From Chitinophagales bacterium (GTDB taxonomy: Bacteria > Bacteroidota > Bacteroidia > Chitinophagales > Chitinophagaceae), in assembly GCA_038210625.1 (NCBI GenBank), contig JBBQWL010000041.1, forward strand, positions 1,584 through 65,583: a stretch of 64,000 nucleotides of DNA. Direction: 5' to 3'. A program made the position numbers and the translations under genes. This document shows, in pieces, positions 1 to 10,402 of this stretch (positions within the stretch are counted from its first letter, which is position 1; each line of letters begins with the position of its first letter). The notes below the pieces were generated by a model. That model searched no databases, was not told the origin of the DNA, and saw nothing but the letters and a program-made list of their open reading frames with translations.

Positions 1-1673
1 CTAACGTTTGTGCGATGCTGATTTACAACATCTGCCGGGCTAAAACCAGGAAAGCCCTGCGCTCCCGGAGCTTGTCCGAATGCATTTGTGTATTGTTTGT
101 AGGAAGCTTCTTCCCCTTTATAAATGCTATACTTTTCATACCTGAATTCCGTTCCAAGTCCAATATTAAGTCCTTCTGCTATGGTAGAAAAAGACTTGCT
201 GAAATCGAGGTTGGTTGTGTTTTGCAGAAAGTTAAAGCCACCATCATCAAAATGTGTTTTAGATATATCACCAACTACAGACGCATTGAATGTTTTATCT
301 CCATAATAGTGAAAATCATTTCTGCCGATTGTATTGCTTAAGTCCCAGTTCCAATCTCCTGTTAGTTTACCTTTAAATCCCGCGGCCAAAGAAATATCAT
401 TTATTTTGGTTTGAATATGGGGATTGTAATATGTTTCACCGTCGGCTGATTTGCGCATAATTGCGGCGTCGAATATCAGGTTGCCGCCGGCATCTACCGG
501 AAAGCGATCAGGTCTTGCGCTGTAGTTTCTGGAGTAAGCAAATGCATCAGATGCTTTGTAATTATAGCCGCCAAACGAATAGAAAGTCGTCTTATCGTTG
601 TTGCCCACAGGAATTTCCATATTGTACATGGCACCAGCGGTTTTGACCGAGCCATCGCCAAACGCACGTCGGCCGCTGTTGAGCGGCAACGCATTAGGGT
701 TTTTAGCCAAATCGGTATCACCGACTTGTCTGTATGTTTTAGCAGCAGATAACAGGTCCAGGGAAAAATTTACAAAGCCTCCTTTTTTACCAATAGCAAG
801 GCCATTGTTTACAGACAGCGAAACGGTACCACCATCGATGGGTTTGCTGTAATAATAATCGTTGGTGGCCCTTGTGCTATAGGCGTTGTATTTCGTATCA
901 TTATACCCACTCCACCCAGTATTAATGGTCCAGTGATTGATGTCTTTTTTTAATACAATATTCATTACGCCTGCCATAGCATCGGAGCCGTATTGCGCAG
1001 AAGCACCATCCCTCAAAATTTCAATTCTATCAACGGCTGATTGTGGAAACGCATTTAAGTCAACACCTGAATTGCCTCTTCCTCTTGTACCAAACAATGC
1101 TACAAATGCAGTCTGGTGACGGCGTTTGCCATTTATTAACACAAGGGTCTGATCTGGTCCTAACCCGCGCAGCGTACCCAAATCAACATGATCAGCACCA
1201 TCTGCACCACTTTGCTTATTGTAGTTAAATGAAGGGGCTGCCATATTCAAAATAGAGGTTAAATCCATTTTTGCCGTAGGTAAACCCACTTGGTTTATTT
1301 TAATTACATCCACCGGTACGGCGGTTTCCGTTTTTGCCCGGCCTGCGCCACGTGTACCCAACACTACAATATCCCCAAGTTCAACCGGGGTAGCTACCAA
1401 TGCAACTGTAATTTCTGTTTGAGTGCCAAGCGTAATAGATTGTAGTTTGTAACCAACGCTGCTCACTTCCAAAACATCGTTTACGCTGGCCTGTATTTTT
1501 AAGGTGCCATCATTACCTGATGTAATACCTTTTTTAGAAGATTTTATTTTAACGGATGCATTGGATAATGGATTTCCATTGGCTGCATCCGTAACCTTCA
1601 CTGTAAATATTTGCTGTGCAAACAGCACATAAGAACAAAAAAGGAAACTTAATGATAAGATCAGTTTTTTCAT
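1..1673 (-). CDS. TonB-dependent receptor, N-terminal part (runs off the left edge; missing from the ORF track)
   Basis: Manual translation from ATG at 1673: signal peptide MKKLILSLSFLFCSYVLFA, CarboxypepD_reg-like domain, then plug motifs VVVGTRG..TETAVPVDVI, LRGLGPDQTLVLINGKRRH and DRIEILRDGASAQYGSDAMAGVMNIVLK; open frame to the window edge. Confidence 0.9.
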   Translation of the reverse strand, partial: MKKLILSLSFLFCSYVLFAQQIFTVKVTDAANGNPLSNASVKIKSSKKGITSGNDGTLKIQASVNDVLEVSSVGYKLQSITLGTQTEITVALVATPVELGDIVVLGTRGAGRAKTETAVPVDVIKINQVGLPTAKMDLTSILNMAAPSFNYNKQSGADGADHVDLGTLRGLGPDQTLVLINGKRRHQTAFVALFGTRGRGNSGVDLNAFPQSAVDRIEILRDGASAQYGSDAMAGVMNIVLKKDINHWTINTGWSGYNDTKYNAYSTRATNDYYYSKPIDGGTVSLSVNNGLAIGKKGGFVNFSLDLLSAAKTYRQVGDTDLAKNPNALPLNSGRRAFGDGSVKTAGAMYNMEIPVGNNDKTTFYSFGGYNYKASDAFAYSRNYSARPDRFPVDAGGNLIFDAAIMRKSADGETYYNPHIQTKINDISLAAGFKGKLTGDWNWDLSNTIGRNDFHYYGDKTFNASVVGDISKTHFDDGGFNFLQNTTNLDFSKSFSTIAEGLNIGLGTEFRYEKYSIYKGEEASYKQYTNAFGQAPGAQGFPGFSPADVVNQHRTNV

Positions 1674-1937
1674 TATTAGTTGTTTTGGTTAATTCAAAGT
1701 TCCGTATAATATGATAAAAGATGAAATTATATTTCACCGGGCGGTAAAAAGATAACTTTATGTTTGCAGGCATAAAAATCTAAATATTATTTTTATTTTA
1801 CTTCTAATCTTCTCAAATAAATATGGAACAATAAAATACTTGTAATACCGGAGTAATTTCAAAAATAGCCCTGTTTTAATAAGGATATTTTTGAAGACTT
1901 AATTTTGAATATTAAAATAAGAAAAAGCAAATAATGT

Positions 1938-2471
1938 ATGGAAATAATTAACAGCACGGTAAGCGATATTGCAACCATATTTGAATTCTACGATCACGCC
2001 ATTGCGTATCAAAAAACTAAATTTAATAAACACTGGCAGGGGTTTGATTTACCGGTTATTGAAAAGGAGATAAAAGAAAACAGGCAATTCAAAATTGTAC
2101 AGGATGAAAAAGTGGTTTGCATATTTGCCATCACGTTTAATGATCCTGCCATTTGGGGCGAAAAGGATAAAGACAAAGCCATCTATATTCATAGAATTGT
2201 AACTCATCCCGCGTTTCATGGCAATAATTACGTAAAGCATATTGTGAAATGGGTGATTGATTACTGCGAAAAAAACGGGATTGATTATGTGAGAATGGAT
2301 ACCTGGGGCGATAACCAGAAACTGATTGACCACTACCAGGGTTGTGGTTTTACTTTTATGGGTATATCAGCCGAAATGAAGGATGTAACCCTGCCCAAAC
2401 ATTACGATTGTATTTCCCTAAGTTTATTTGAAATAGACATCAAAAAACAGCAGCATCATGGCAATGTATGA
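1938..2471 (+). CDS. GNAT family N-acetyltransferase
   Basis: YIHRIVTHPAFHGNN (motif A-like) and VRMDTWGDNQKLIDHYQGCGF (motif B-like). Confidence 0.8.
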   Translation: MEIINSTVSDIATIFEFYDHAIAYQKTKFNKHWQGFDLPVIEKEIKENRQFKIVQDEKVVCIFAITFNDPAIWGEKDKDKAIYIHRIVTHPAFHGNNYVKHIVKWVIDYCEKNGIDYVRMDTWGDNQKLIDHYQGCGFTFMGISAEMKDVTLPKHYDCISLSLFEIDIKKQQHHGNV

Positions 2472-3234
2472 TAATGAGAATACGGTTGTAAAGTCTTTCG
2501 ATCTTACTTATGTTTCTGAGCATTTGCAGCAGGCACAATGGGCCGAATTTATTGAACTTAAGAAAGTAGTAACAGTATTGTACAAACGGCAGGGCAGGCC
2601 GGTTTCAATATTAGATATTGGAATTGGCAATGCACGTATTCCTAAACATTTAAGCGGGGTAAAAGAAATTTGGGATATGGTTGCCACGTACGATGGAACA
2701 GATAATGCGCAAGCCTGTGTAGACATTGCATCAAAAAATATTGCTGATTTAAATATTGCCGATAAGGTACACGCTTATTTTTTTGATGGAGCCAAACTGG
2801 ATGAATGGACAAAGAAATATGATTTGGTAATTACCACCTGGTTTACCGCAGGCAATTTTTATCCAGACGATTTTTCTTTTGAAACATACCAGTCTACTGG
2901 CAAAAGACTGGATCTTTCTACGAATGAGAAATTTACAACAATCTTTAAAAACGCATACGGGCTTTTAAATGAAGGCGGAGCATTGTTGATAGGCGCCTGT
3001 TATATTGATAATGCAAGCACCCGTTTAAAACAGGAAGAGTCCTACGCAAAGATGGGAATGACCGTTATTACCAGCGCAGCAGATAGTTTTACCGCCACCA
3101 GGGAGGGTTTCTGGAGCCAGCGTTTCACCAAAGAAAAACTGAAGCAATATCTTTATTTTGTATCGCCAGAAAAAATACAGTTCACTCCGTTGGATACGTA
3201 TGATTATGCCATGCAGGTCTCCATCAGTAAATAA
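2458..3234 (+). CDS. Class I SAM-dependent methyltransferase
   Basis: Motif I SILDIGIGNARI, acidic residue after beta-2 (YDGTD), YDLVITTW; overlaps the GNAT stop. Confidence 0.75.
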   Translation: MAMYDNENTVVKSFDLTYVSEHLQQAQWAEFIELKKVVTVLYKRQGRPVSILDIGIGNARIPKHLSGVKEIWDMVATYDGTDNAQACVDIASKNIADLNIADKVHAYFFDGAKLDEWTKKYDLVITTWFTAGNFYPDDFSFETYQSTGKRLDLSTNEKFTTIFKNAYGLLNEGGALLIGACYIDNASTRLKQEESYAKMGMTVITSAADSFTATREGFWSQRFTKEKLKQYLYFVSPEKIQFTPLDTYDYAMQVSISK

Positions 3235-3245
3235 CCACGCGGCAT

Positions 3246-4433
3246 TTATTGGTTGTAGGTTTCCAGTGCTTTTTCCAGGCAATCCATTGCGGCGTTAATG
3301 TCGTCGGTATTTAAAACGTAGGCCAGGCGTACTTCCTGCTTGCCTAAACCAAGTGTACTATAAAAACCGCTTGCAGGTGCTAACATTAGTGTTTGTCCGT
3401 TATAATTAAATGATTCCAGCAGCCACTGGCAAAATAATTCAGCATCTGGCACCGGTAATTTAGCAACAGCATAAAATGCACCGCCTGGGTTGGGGCAAAA
3501 AACACCGGGGATGGCATTCAATCTTTTTATAAGAATGTCCCTTCTTTTTTTGTACTCAGCTTTAGTAGCGTCAAAATAATTGGCTGGCAAATCTACAGCA
3601 GCTTCTGCCAGTATTTGTGCAAAGCCGGGTGGGCTCAATCTTGCCTGTGCAAACTTTAAAACAGCATTTAATACCTCCTGGTTTTTTGTTACCAACGCAC
3701 CAATTCTGCCTCCGCAGGCGCTGTACCTTTTGCTGATGGTGTCCATTATGATCACATTGTCATCGGCACCTTTTAAATGCATGGCGCTGGTGTGAATACC
3801 TTCGTAGCAAAATTCCCGGTACGCCTCATCTGAAAATAAAAAGAGCTTGTGTTTTACGATAATTAGCTTCAGCAATTCCATTTCTTCTTTACTGTATAAA
3901 TAACCGGTTGGGTTATTGGGACTACAAATAAGAATGGCTTTTGTCCTGGAGGTGATTGCTTTTTCAAGTTCTTCCATTGGCGGCAAAGCAAAACCGTTTT
4001 CGATGGAAGAAGTGATGGGCCGTACGACAACGCCGGCTTCTATCGCAAAGGCATTGTAGTTAGCATAAAATGGCTCAGGAATAATCACTTCATCACCTGC
4101 ATCCATACAGGCCATCATGGCAAAAATGATCGCTTCGCTACCACCCGTTGTTACAATAATTTGTTCAGGCGTTACATAAATACCAACCCTGCTATAGTAT
4201 TCTGCTAATTTATTACGGTAGCTTTCATTGCCCGCACTATGGCTGTATTCCAGTATTTTAAAATTGCTGTTGCGTACCGCTGCCAAAATTTGTGGCGGGG
4301 TTTCAATATCAGGCTGACCGATATTCAGGTGATGCACTTTAATGCCTCTTTTTTTAGCCGCCTCTGCAAATGGCACTAATTTTCGAATGGGTGATGAGGG
4401 CATTAAATGCCCGCGGTTACTGATGCTTAACAT
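3246..4433 (-). CDS. PLP-dependent aminotransferase class I/II (aspartate aminotransferase-like)
   Basis: HLNIGQPDIETP, CSPNNPTG, FSDEAYREF, DTISKRYSACGGRIG; start set at MLSISNRG (4433), 4 nt after a TATCTTTG box. Confidence 0.9.
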   Translation of the reverse strand: MLSISNRGHLMPSSPIRKLVPFAEAAKKRGIKVHHLNIGQPDIETPPQILAAVRNSNFKILEYSHSAGNESYRNKLAEYYSRVGIYVTPEQIIVTTGGSEAIIFAMMACMDAGDEVIIPEPFYANYNAFAIEAGVVVRPITSSIENGFALPPMEELEKAITSRTKAILICSPNNPTGYLYSKEEMELLKLIIVKHKLFLFSDEAYREFCYEGIHTSAMHLKGADDNVIIMDTISKRYSACGGRIGALVTKNQEVLNAVLKFAQARLSPPGFAQILAEAAVDLPANYFDATKAEYKKRRDILIKRLNAIPGVFCPNPGGAFYAVAKLPVPDAELFCQWLLESFNYNGQTLMLAPASGFYSTLGLGKQEVRLAYVLNTDDINAAMDCLEKALETYNQ

Positions 4434-4586
4434 TGTACAAAGATATTGGAGTTTGCTATTTTTAAATAGTATTAAAATTTGATGTTGCACTTTTTTGTTT
4501 GGCACTTGCAAGTGCAGGACATTAAGCGGAGTGTTTTGTAACTTTATTGTACAGTTCCTAATGCCGTGATATACGATGATTATATC

Positions 4587-5555
4587 TCAAACAGGCCAGC
4601 GATAACCTCTCAAAAAATCTTCCACCAGCATTTTCTTTTTGCCTTCCAGTTGTAATTCTTTTATGGACATGTATCCATCAGTACAGGCAAATTGTAAAAA
4701 TGTTTTTTGATCGGTTTCAAATTTACCAGGCACTATAGAGGGACTTGTATAAACCTTTGCGGCTTTATATACTTTCATTTTCTTTTCATTTAAAAAAGTA
4801 AAAGCAGCGGGGTAAGGAGATAAACCACGGATGAGATTATAAACTTCCTGCACCGGTTTAGCCCAGTTAATAAGACAGGTTTCCGTGAAAATTTTTGGCG
4901 CATGTTGTAACAATTTTCCAGGTGCTTCTTTTTCACTTTCATCAATACTTGCTGTAGCATCCTGCACCTGTTCTGTTACATCTCCGGCAACCAATGCTTC
5001 CATTGTTTTCAGTAACAGATCGGCACCGGCTATTTTCATCCGGTCGTGCACTTCGCCTACCGTTTCATCATCGCCAATGGCCAGCCTTTGCTGCTGTAAA
5101 ATATTTCCGGTATCAATTTCCTGCTGCAATTTAAATGTGGTAACGCCGGTTTCTTTTTCGCCATTGATGATGGCCCAGTTTATGGGAGCGGCGCCACGAT
5201 ATTGTGGCAGCAGCGAACCATGAACATTGATGGTGCCCATAGGCGGCATGTCCCAAACTACTTCGGGCAACATCCTAAATGCTACTACCACCTGCACATC
5301 TGCCTGCAATGCTTTTAATGTTGCTAAAAAATCAGGGTTCTTTAATTTTTCCGGTTGCAGTACCTGCAGGTTATGCTGGACCGCATATTTTTTAACATCA
5401 CTTTGTTGCAATTCCATACCCCGTCCGCCGGGCTTATCTGGTGCGGTTATTACGCCCACGATATTACAGCCGGCTTGTACCAGTTTATCCAAAGACGCAA
5501 CTGCAAATTCGGGTGTGCCCATAAAAACAATCCGTAAATCTTTCAAATATTTCAT
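4587..5555 (-). CDS. fmt: Methionyl-tRNA formyltransferase
   Basis: IVFMGTPEFAV, TAPDKPGGRG, INVHGSLLPQYRGAAPINWAI; start MKYLKD (5555), 5 nt after TAACTTTG. Confidence 0.95.
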   Translation of the reverse strand: MKYLKDLRIVFMGTPEFAVASLDKLVQAGCNIVGVITAPDKPGGRGMELQQSDVKKYAVQHNLQVLQPEKLKNPDFLATLKALQADVQVVVAFRMLPEVVWDMPPMGTINVHGSLLPQYRGAAPINWAIINGEKETGVTTFKLQQEIDTGNILQQQRLAIGDDETVGEVHDRMKIAGADLLLKTMEALVAGDVTEQVQDATASIDESEKEAPGKLLQHAPKIFTETCLINWAKPVQEVYNLIRGLSPYPAAFTFLNEKKMKVYKAAKVYTSPSIVPGKFETDQKTFLQFACTDGYMSIKELQLEGKKKMLVEDFLRGYRWPV

Positions 5556-5697
5556 TGGCGCAAAGTTAAACTTCCTTTGTAATAATTGGTCTTTAGTAGC
5601 CGCCACCAATATTACTGTTTTCAAAATCCGGCGAATAGCCCATCACGTTTGTTAAGGTTTTGAAAACTAAGCATATTACTACAACCGGCTATTATTA

Positions 5698-7386
5698 ATG
5701 AAAGTAAGTTACAGTATGGAACGAAAAGACTTTTTTAAAATCCTTTTGTCTAAGCAGGAAACAAAACCTGCAGCCGCCGAAACACCCGCACTTACCAGTT
5801 CTTTAAAGAAATATAAAGGCAAATGGGATGATGAGGCGGTAATCCATTTTTTAAAACATACTATGTTTGGTGCAAAGCCGGCCGATGTGGCTTTTTTTAA
5901 GAAATTGTCTTTAAAAAAATCCGTAACAATACTGCTCACTGCTGGTGAACCACCGGTTACCTCACCCATCAATAATTATTCAAACGATAAGATAGAAGAT
6001 GACGAAGTGCCTTTAGGCAGCACCTGGGTAAATGCTACCAATAAAAATGGAAAGATCAATTACCGGCGCCGCAATTCTTACAAACAATGGTGGATGGGTC
6101 AGATGATAAACCAGGACCGCAGCATCACCGAAAAAATGGTGTTGTTCTGGCACAATCATTTTGCAACTGAAACCAACATTGCCCAAATTCCGGTGTACTG
6201 TTACCAGTACAATTTGTTGCTGCGGCAGTATGCGTTGGGTAATTTTAAAACGCTTGTAAAGGCCATCACAACTGATTTGTGTATGTTACGCTACCTGAAT
6301 GGTTACGCCAATACAAAACAAGCACCTGATGAAAATTATGGAAGAGAGTTGCAGGAATTGTTTACGGTAGGCAAGGGCCCTGGGTCTCACTACACCGAAG
6401 CGGATGTAAAAGCAGCAGCAAGGGTTTTGACTGGTTATACAATCGACAATAAAACATTCAATTATTCTTTTGAACCGAACAGGCATGATGAAACAGACAA
6501 AAAGTTTTCAGCGTTTTATAACAATAGCATTATAAAGGGGCGTGCCGGCGAAGAAGGTGCGAAAGAACTGGATGATTTGGTAGAGATGATTTTTGCTCAG
6601 GAAGAGACCGCCCGGTTTATTTGCCGCAAACTATACCGCTTTTTTGTTTTTTACAAGATAGATGAAAGTACAGAACGGGAAATCATATTGCCACTTTCTA
6701 AAATTTTGCAAAAAAATAATTTTGAAATAAAACCGGTGTTACAGGCTTTGTTGAGCAGTGAACATTTTTTTGATGCCGCCTTGCGTGGAACAACCATTAA
6801 AAGCCCCGCCGATTTTTGCGCTGGATTGATGAGGGAATTCAATGTCTCACTGTCACCAGCGAGCGATTTGTTTGCAGAATATGCTGTGTGGGAGTTTGTG
6901 CACAACCAGGCTGCAGCCATGCAACAAAATATTGGTGATCCGCCGAATGTGGCCGGCTGGCCTGCTTATTATCAGCAACCGCAATACTACAAATTGTGGA
7001 TTAACTCCGATACTTTGCCCAGGCGCAATCAGCTTTCTGACCGGTTGCTGGGCTATGGTTTTACCACAAAAAATGGCAACAAAATAACTATTGATCCGAT
7101 CGATTTTGCGATGGCCCTGCCGCATCCTGAAGACCCGGATGCATTGATCAGCGACAGCATTCAATTGTTGTATACCGTACAATTACCAGCTGCTGAAAAG
7201 GCGCATATCAAAAGCAATATTTTGTTATCTAACCTGCAGGGCGAAGCCGCCAATCATTACTGGACCAATGCCTGGCAGAGCCTAATTGAAAAGCCGGACG
7301 ATGCCGTAAATAAAAAGGAAGTGATGAATAAATTAAAGAACCTATACAAATATTTAATGAACCGGCCGGAGTACCAGGTGTATTAA
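5698..7386 (+). CDS. DUF1800 domain-containing protein
   Basis: EKMVLFWHNHFAT, MLRYLNG..N....PDENYGRELQELFTVG, PPNVAGW, PEYQ at C-terminus; directly upstream of DUF1501. Confidence 0.85.
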   Translation: MKVSYSMERKDFFKILLSKQETKPAAAETPALTSSLKKYKGKWDDEAVIHFLKHTMFGAKPADVAFFKKLSLKKSVTILLTAGEPPVTSPINNYSNDKIEDDEVPLGSTWVNATNKNGKINYRRRNSYKQWWMGQMINQDRSITEKMVLFWHNHFATETNIAQIPVYCYQYNLLLRQYALGNFKTLVKAITTDLCMLRYLNGYANTKQAPDENYGRELQELFTVGKGPGSHYTEADVKAAARVLTGYTIDNKTFNYSFEPNRHDETDKKFSAFYNNSIIKGRAGEEGAKELDDLVEMIFAQEETARFICRKLYRFFVFYKIDESTEREIILPLSKILQKNNFEIKPVLQALLSSEHFFDAALRGTTIKSPADFCAGLMREFNVSLSPASDLFAEYAVWEFVHNQAAAMQQNIGDPPNVAGWPAYYQQPQYYKLWINSDTLPRRNQLSDRLLGYGFTTKNGNKITIDPIDFAMALPHPEDPDALISDSIQLLYTVQLPAAEKAHIKSNILLSNLQGEAANHYWTNAWQSLIEKPDDAVNKKEVMNKLKNLYKYLMNRPEYQVY

Positions 7387-7422
7387 AACCCTGACGGCGG
7401 TTATAAACCCCCGTCAGCGGTT
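7387..7422. repeat. Intergenic hairpin AACC-CTGACGG...CCGTCAG-C-GGTT between DUF1800 and DUF1501
   Basis: Inverted repeat visible in sequence; REP-like or mRNA-stabilising hairpin. Confidence 0.5.
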
Positions 7423-7495
7423 CAGTAAACGAAAGAATAACATCAGCAGCAACGCATAAACGAAAGTTGCCGGGCAATTATGAAAAAATAAGCAC

Positions 7496-8788
7496 ATGAA
7501 AAGAAGAACATTTTTTAAATACACACTGCCCTCACTCGTATTGCCCGGCCTGTTGGGAGGATTTAAAATGAATGCATTTGCCGGCAATCCTTTACTGCAA
7601 AATTTATTACATGCTGATACTAACGGCAGGGTGCTGGTGGTGATACAATTGGCAGGCGGCAATGATGGATTGAACAGTGTTATACCGATAGAATTTTATG
7701 GTGCCTATAAAAATGCAAGGTCCAATATTGCCATTGCGCCGGAAAAAATATTGCCACTCAACGGGTATAATGCCACTGGTTTAAACCCTGCCATGGCGCC
7801 ATTGCAACAATTATTTAACCAGGAAAAATTAGCCATCGTACAGGCTGTAAGCTACCCGCAGCCTAACTTTTCGCATTTTCGGGCAACCGACATTTGGCTA
7901 ACGGGCGAAGAAAGTAACCAGGTGTTAAACACCGGCTGGATGGGACGCTACCTTAACAAGTTGTATCCGGATTTTCCTGATCATTATCCCAATAACATCA
8001 TGCCCGACCCATTGGCGATACAGATAGGGTCGGTTGTTTCAACCGGCTTGCAGGGGCCGGCTTTTCCGATGGGCATGGCCATCAGTAACCCGGAGAGTTT
8101 TTATAATATGCTCAATGAAAAACCTACACAAATAGCCGCCTCGCTGGCGCAGGATCAACTGGATTATATTCGCCAGGTATCTGAAAAAACGGATGCTTAT
8201 GGCGACGTGATAAAAGCCGCGGCAAAAAAAATCAGCCGACAGTCAACCAAATATGATGATAACAAAAAGAACCCGTTAAGTGACCAGTTAAAGATTGTAG
8301 CCAGGCTGATAGCAGGCGGACTGCAAACAAAAATTTACATGGTAAGTATGGGAGGTTTTGATAACCATGCCAAACAAACCGATGCGGCCGATACCAGCAA
8401 AGGAACACACGCTAACCAGCTGCAGAAACTATCAGATGCCATCGCCGCTTTTTTGGATGACCTTGCTTTACAACAGGTAGCAGACAGGGTGGTGGGTATG
8501 ACATTTTCCGAGTTTGGCCGGCGTATAAAATCCAATGCAAGTGGAGGCACCGATCATGGCGTGGCAGCGCCGCTTTTTGTTTTTGGCGAACCGGTACGTT
8601 CTGGAATCATTGGCGTTAATCCTACCATTCCGGACAATGCAACTGTAAATGATAACATTGCCATGCAGCATGATTTCAGGGCGGTGTATGCTACTTTGCT
8701 CAAGGATTGGCTGGGTGCAAAACCATCTGACATGCCCGATATTTTGCAGAAGGATTTTACTACACTACCGTTGATAAAAAACGCCTAA
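7496..8788 (+). CDS. DUF1501 domain-containing protein with Tat-like signal
   Basis: MKRRTFFK, LVVIQLAGGNDGLN, PNFSHFRATDIW, GGFDNHA, TFSEFGRR, GTDHG. Confidence 0.88.
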   Translation: MKRRTFFKYTLPSLVLPGLLGGFKMNAFAGNPLLQNLLHADTNGRVLVVIQLAGGNDGLNSVIPIEFYGAYKNARSNIAIAPEKILPLNGYNATGLNPAMAPLQQLFNQEKLAIVQAVSYPQPNFSHFRATDIWLTGEESNQVLNTGWMGRYLNKLYPDFPDHYPNNIMPDPLAIQIGSVVSTGLQGPAFPMGMAISNPESFYNMLNEKPTQIAASLAQDQLDYIRQVSEKTDAYGDVIKAAAKKISRQSTKYDDNKKNPLSDQLKIVARLIAGGLQTKIYMVSMGGFDNHAKQTDAADTSKGTHANQLQKLSDAIAAFLDDLALQQVADRVVGMTFSEFGRRIKSNASGGTDHGVAAPLFVFGEPVRSGIIGVNPTIPDNATVNDNIAMQHDFRAVYATLLKDWLGAKPSDMPDILQKDFTTLPLIKNA

Positions 8789-8939
8789 TTAAATTAAATG
8801 AAAATTTTTGTTACCAGCTAAAAAGCTCTGTGGGACTGCATTGGCGACGCTCCATTCAGGATTTGTTTTTCAATTGAGCTTTTATTATGCTACAGATGGC
8901 CGTTCAAAAACTCAGGAATTTTTTATCTCTGAGTTTGCT

Positions 8940-10196
8940 TTATTCAAAGTCTTTATACAACAAATACTTCTTTCTTATTTTTTTATAATTGCCCAGCGCC
9001 GGCTCCCAACTCTTTCTTATTTCGGTTTCGGTTTTGCCTTGCTTTACCTGTTGCATCAATACATCATTACCCGCTAGCCGGTTGATGAAATTATTTTTTA
9101 AAAAGAAGCTGTCTTTACCTGGAAAGAGTTTGTATGCATCCAACAAATATTTTAACTGAATTTTTTTATTGAGTTCTTTCAATATTTTTTCCGGTGTTCC
9201 GCCCAGGTTCCATCCGTAACATTGTTGAAAATAACACTTGCTGCTTTTGGCGCCCTCATTGGGTTTGGGTGTAAAGGCGTACATGGTATGGGGCAAAGAA
9301 GGATGACCAATTAACTGGAATGGTTTGTCTGTGCCGCGGCCTTCACTTAATACCGTGCCTTCTATAAAACAGGTAGAAGGGTAGAGGTAAATACTTTGAA
9401 TGTCCCTGATATTGGGAGATGGTGCAACCGGTAAAACATACTTACTGTTGTGATCGTAATTAGCACATTTTATAACCAGTACATGAAAGGGGGTATCCTT
9501 TGTTGGTTTGGTGGTTGTGTTGTAACTATTAATTTTATTGGCTTCCGGTGTTAACCATTTTTCGCCTGCTAACATCAACGCGTATTCGCCGATGGTAAGA
9601 CCGTAAACAACCGGTACGGGTTGCATGCCGATGAAGCTTTTAAATTTTGGTTCCAGCACCGGCCCATCTACATAAAAACCGTTGGGGTTTGGCCTGTCCA
9701 GTATTAACAGCGGTACATGATTTTCCAATGCCGCTTCCAGGTAATATTGCAGGGAAGAGATGTAGGTATAAAATCGGGTACCAATATCCTGTATGTCAAA
9801 TAATAAAACATCCACACCCTTGCAATCTTCAGCTGTGGGTTTTTTATGCTCTCCATATAAACTGATGATGGGAATACCGGTTTTTTTATCTACCGCATTG
9901 CCAAGCTCTTCCCCGGCACTTGCGGTGCCACGAAAACCATGCTCGGGTCCAAATATTTTTACCACTTTAATGCCGATTTTTACTAATGTGTCTACCAGGT
10001 GCGTGCTGCCCACCATGCTCGTCTGGTTGGCAAAAACCGCTACAGACTTGCCTTTCAGCAGGGGCAGGTAAACTTCCATTCGCTCAGCACCGGGAATAAT
10101 TCGTACACTTTTTGCTGATTTGCCGGTTGTTTGCGCATTGGCAAAAGAAAATAAGACCAGGGCGGTTATTAAAAGAAAAACTTTGTTATAATTCAT
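8940..10196 (-). CDS. namZ: Exo-beta-N-acetylmuramidase NamZ family (DUF1343)
   Basis: FGPEHGFRG, DIQDIGTRFYTYISSL, DRPNPNG, PSPNI, SEGRGT. Confidence 0.85.
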   Translation of the reverse strand: MNYNKVFLLITALVLFSFANAQTTGKSAKSVRIIPGAERMEVYLPLLKGKSVAVFANQTSMVGSTHLVDTLVKIGIKVVKIFGPEHGFRGTASAGEELGNAVDKKTGIPIISLYGEHKKPTAEDCKGVDVLLFDIQDIGTRFYTYISSLQYYLEAALENHVPLLILDRPNPNGFYVDGPVLEPKFKSFIGMQPVPVVYGLTIGEYALMLAGEKWLTPEANKINSYNTTTKPTKDTPFHVLVIKCANYDHNSKYVLPVAPSPNIRDIQSIYLYPSTCFIEGTVLSEGRGTDKPFQLIGHPSLPHTMYAFTPKPNEGAKSSKCYFQQCYGWNLGGTPEKILKELNKKIQLKYLLDAYKLFPGKDSFFLKNNFINRLAGNDVLMQQVKQGKTETEIRKSWEPALGNYKKIRKKYLLYKDFE

Positions 10197-10317
10197 CTTT
10201 CAAAGGTCTATAAAGTTTTTTAATTGGGAGGTGTAGTTTTTAATTAATAAATTGCCAAAAAACGGAGCGTTCCTGATTTTTGGGGTAGTTGAATCGTCGT
10301 TCAGCAGAACTGAAAAA

Positions 10318-10350
10318 GTACAAGAGTGCGACGCCAATGAGGCTAAATAG
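10318..10350 (+). repeat. Dispersed repeat core GTACAAGAGTGCGACGCCAATGA (copy 1)
   Basis: Near-identical to 20221-20244, 21642-21665 (minus) and 29555-29578. Confidence 0.85.
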
Positions 10351-10402
10351 TAGTACAACTGTTTGGCAAAAAATAAATTATAAAATCATAAAAAAATTAA
10401 AC

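Noticed and set aside
1674-1937. Cobalamin/TPP or other riboswitch ahead of the TonB-dependent receptor
   Set aside because: Very AT-rich; I found no conserved aptamer motif by eye (an Rfam scan would settle it)
8836-8856. Possible fifth copy of the GAGTGCGACGCCAATG core (CATTGGCGACGCTCC)
   Set aside because: Only about 10-11 matching bases; within chance expectation
10289-10402. N-terminal extensions in the ORF track (FKBP from 10289; also 18080-18157, 4434-4511, 5556-5624)
   Set aside because: They run through intergenic repeats or promoter boxes; downstream ATGs fit family N-termini better
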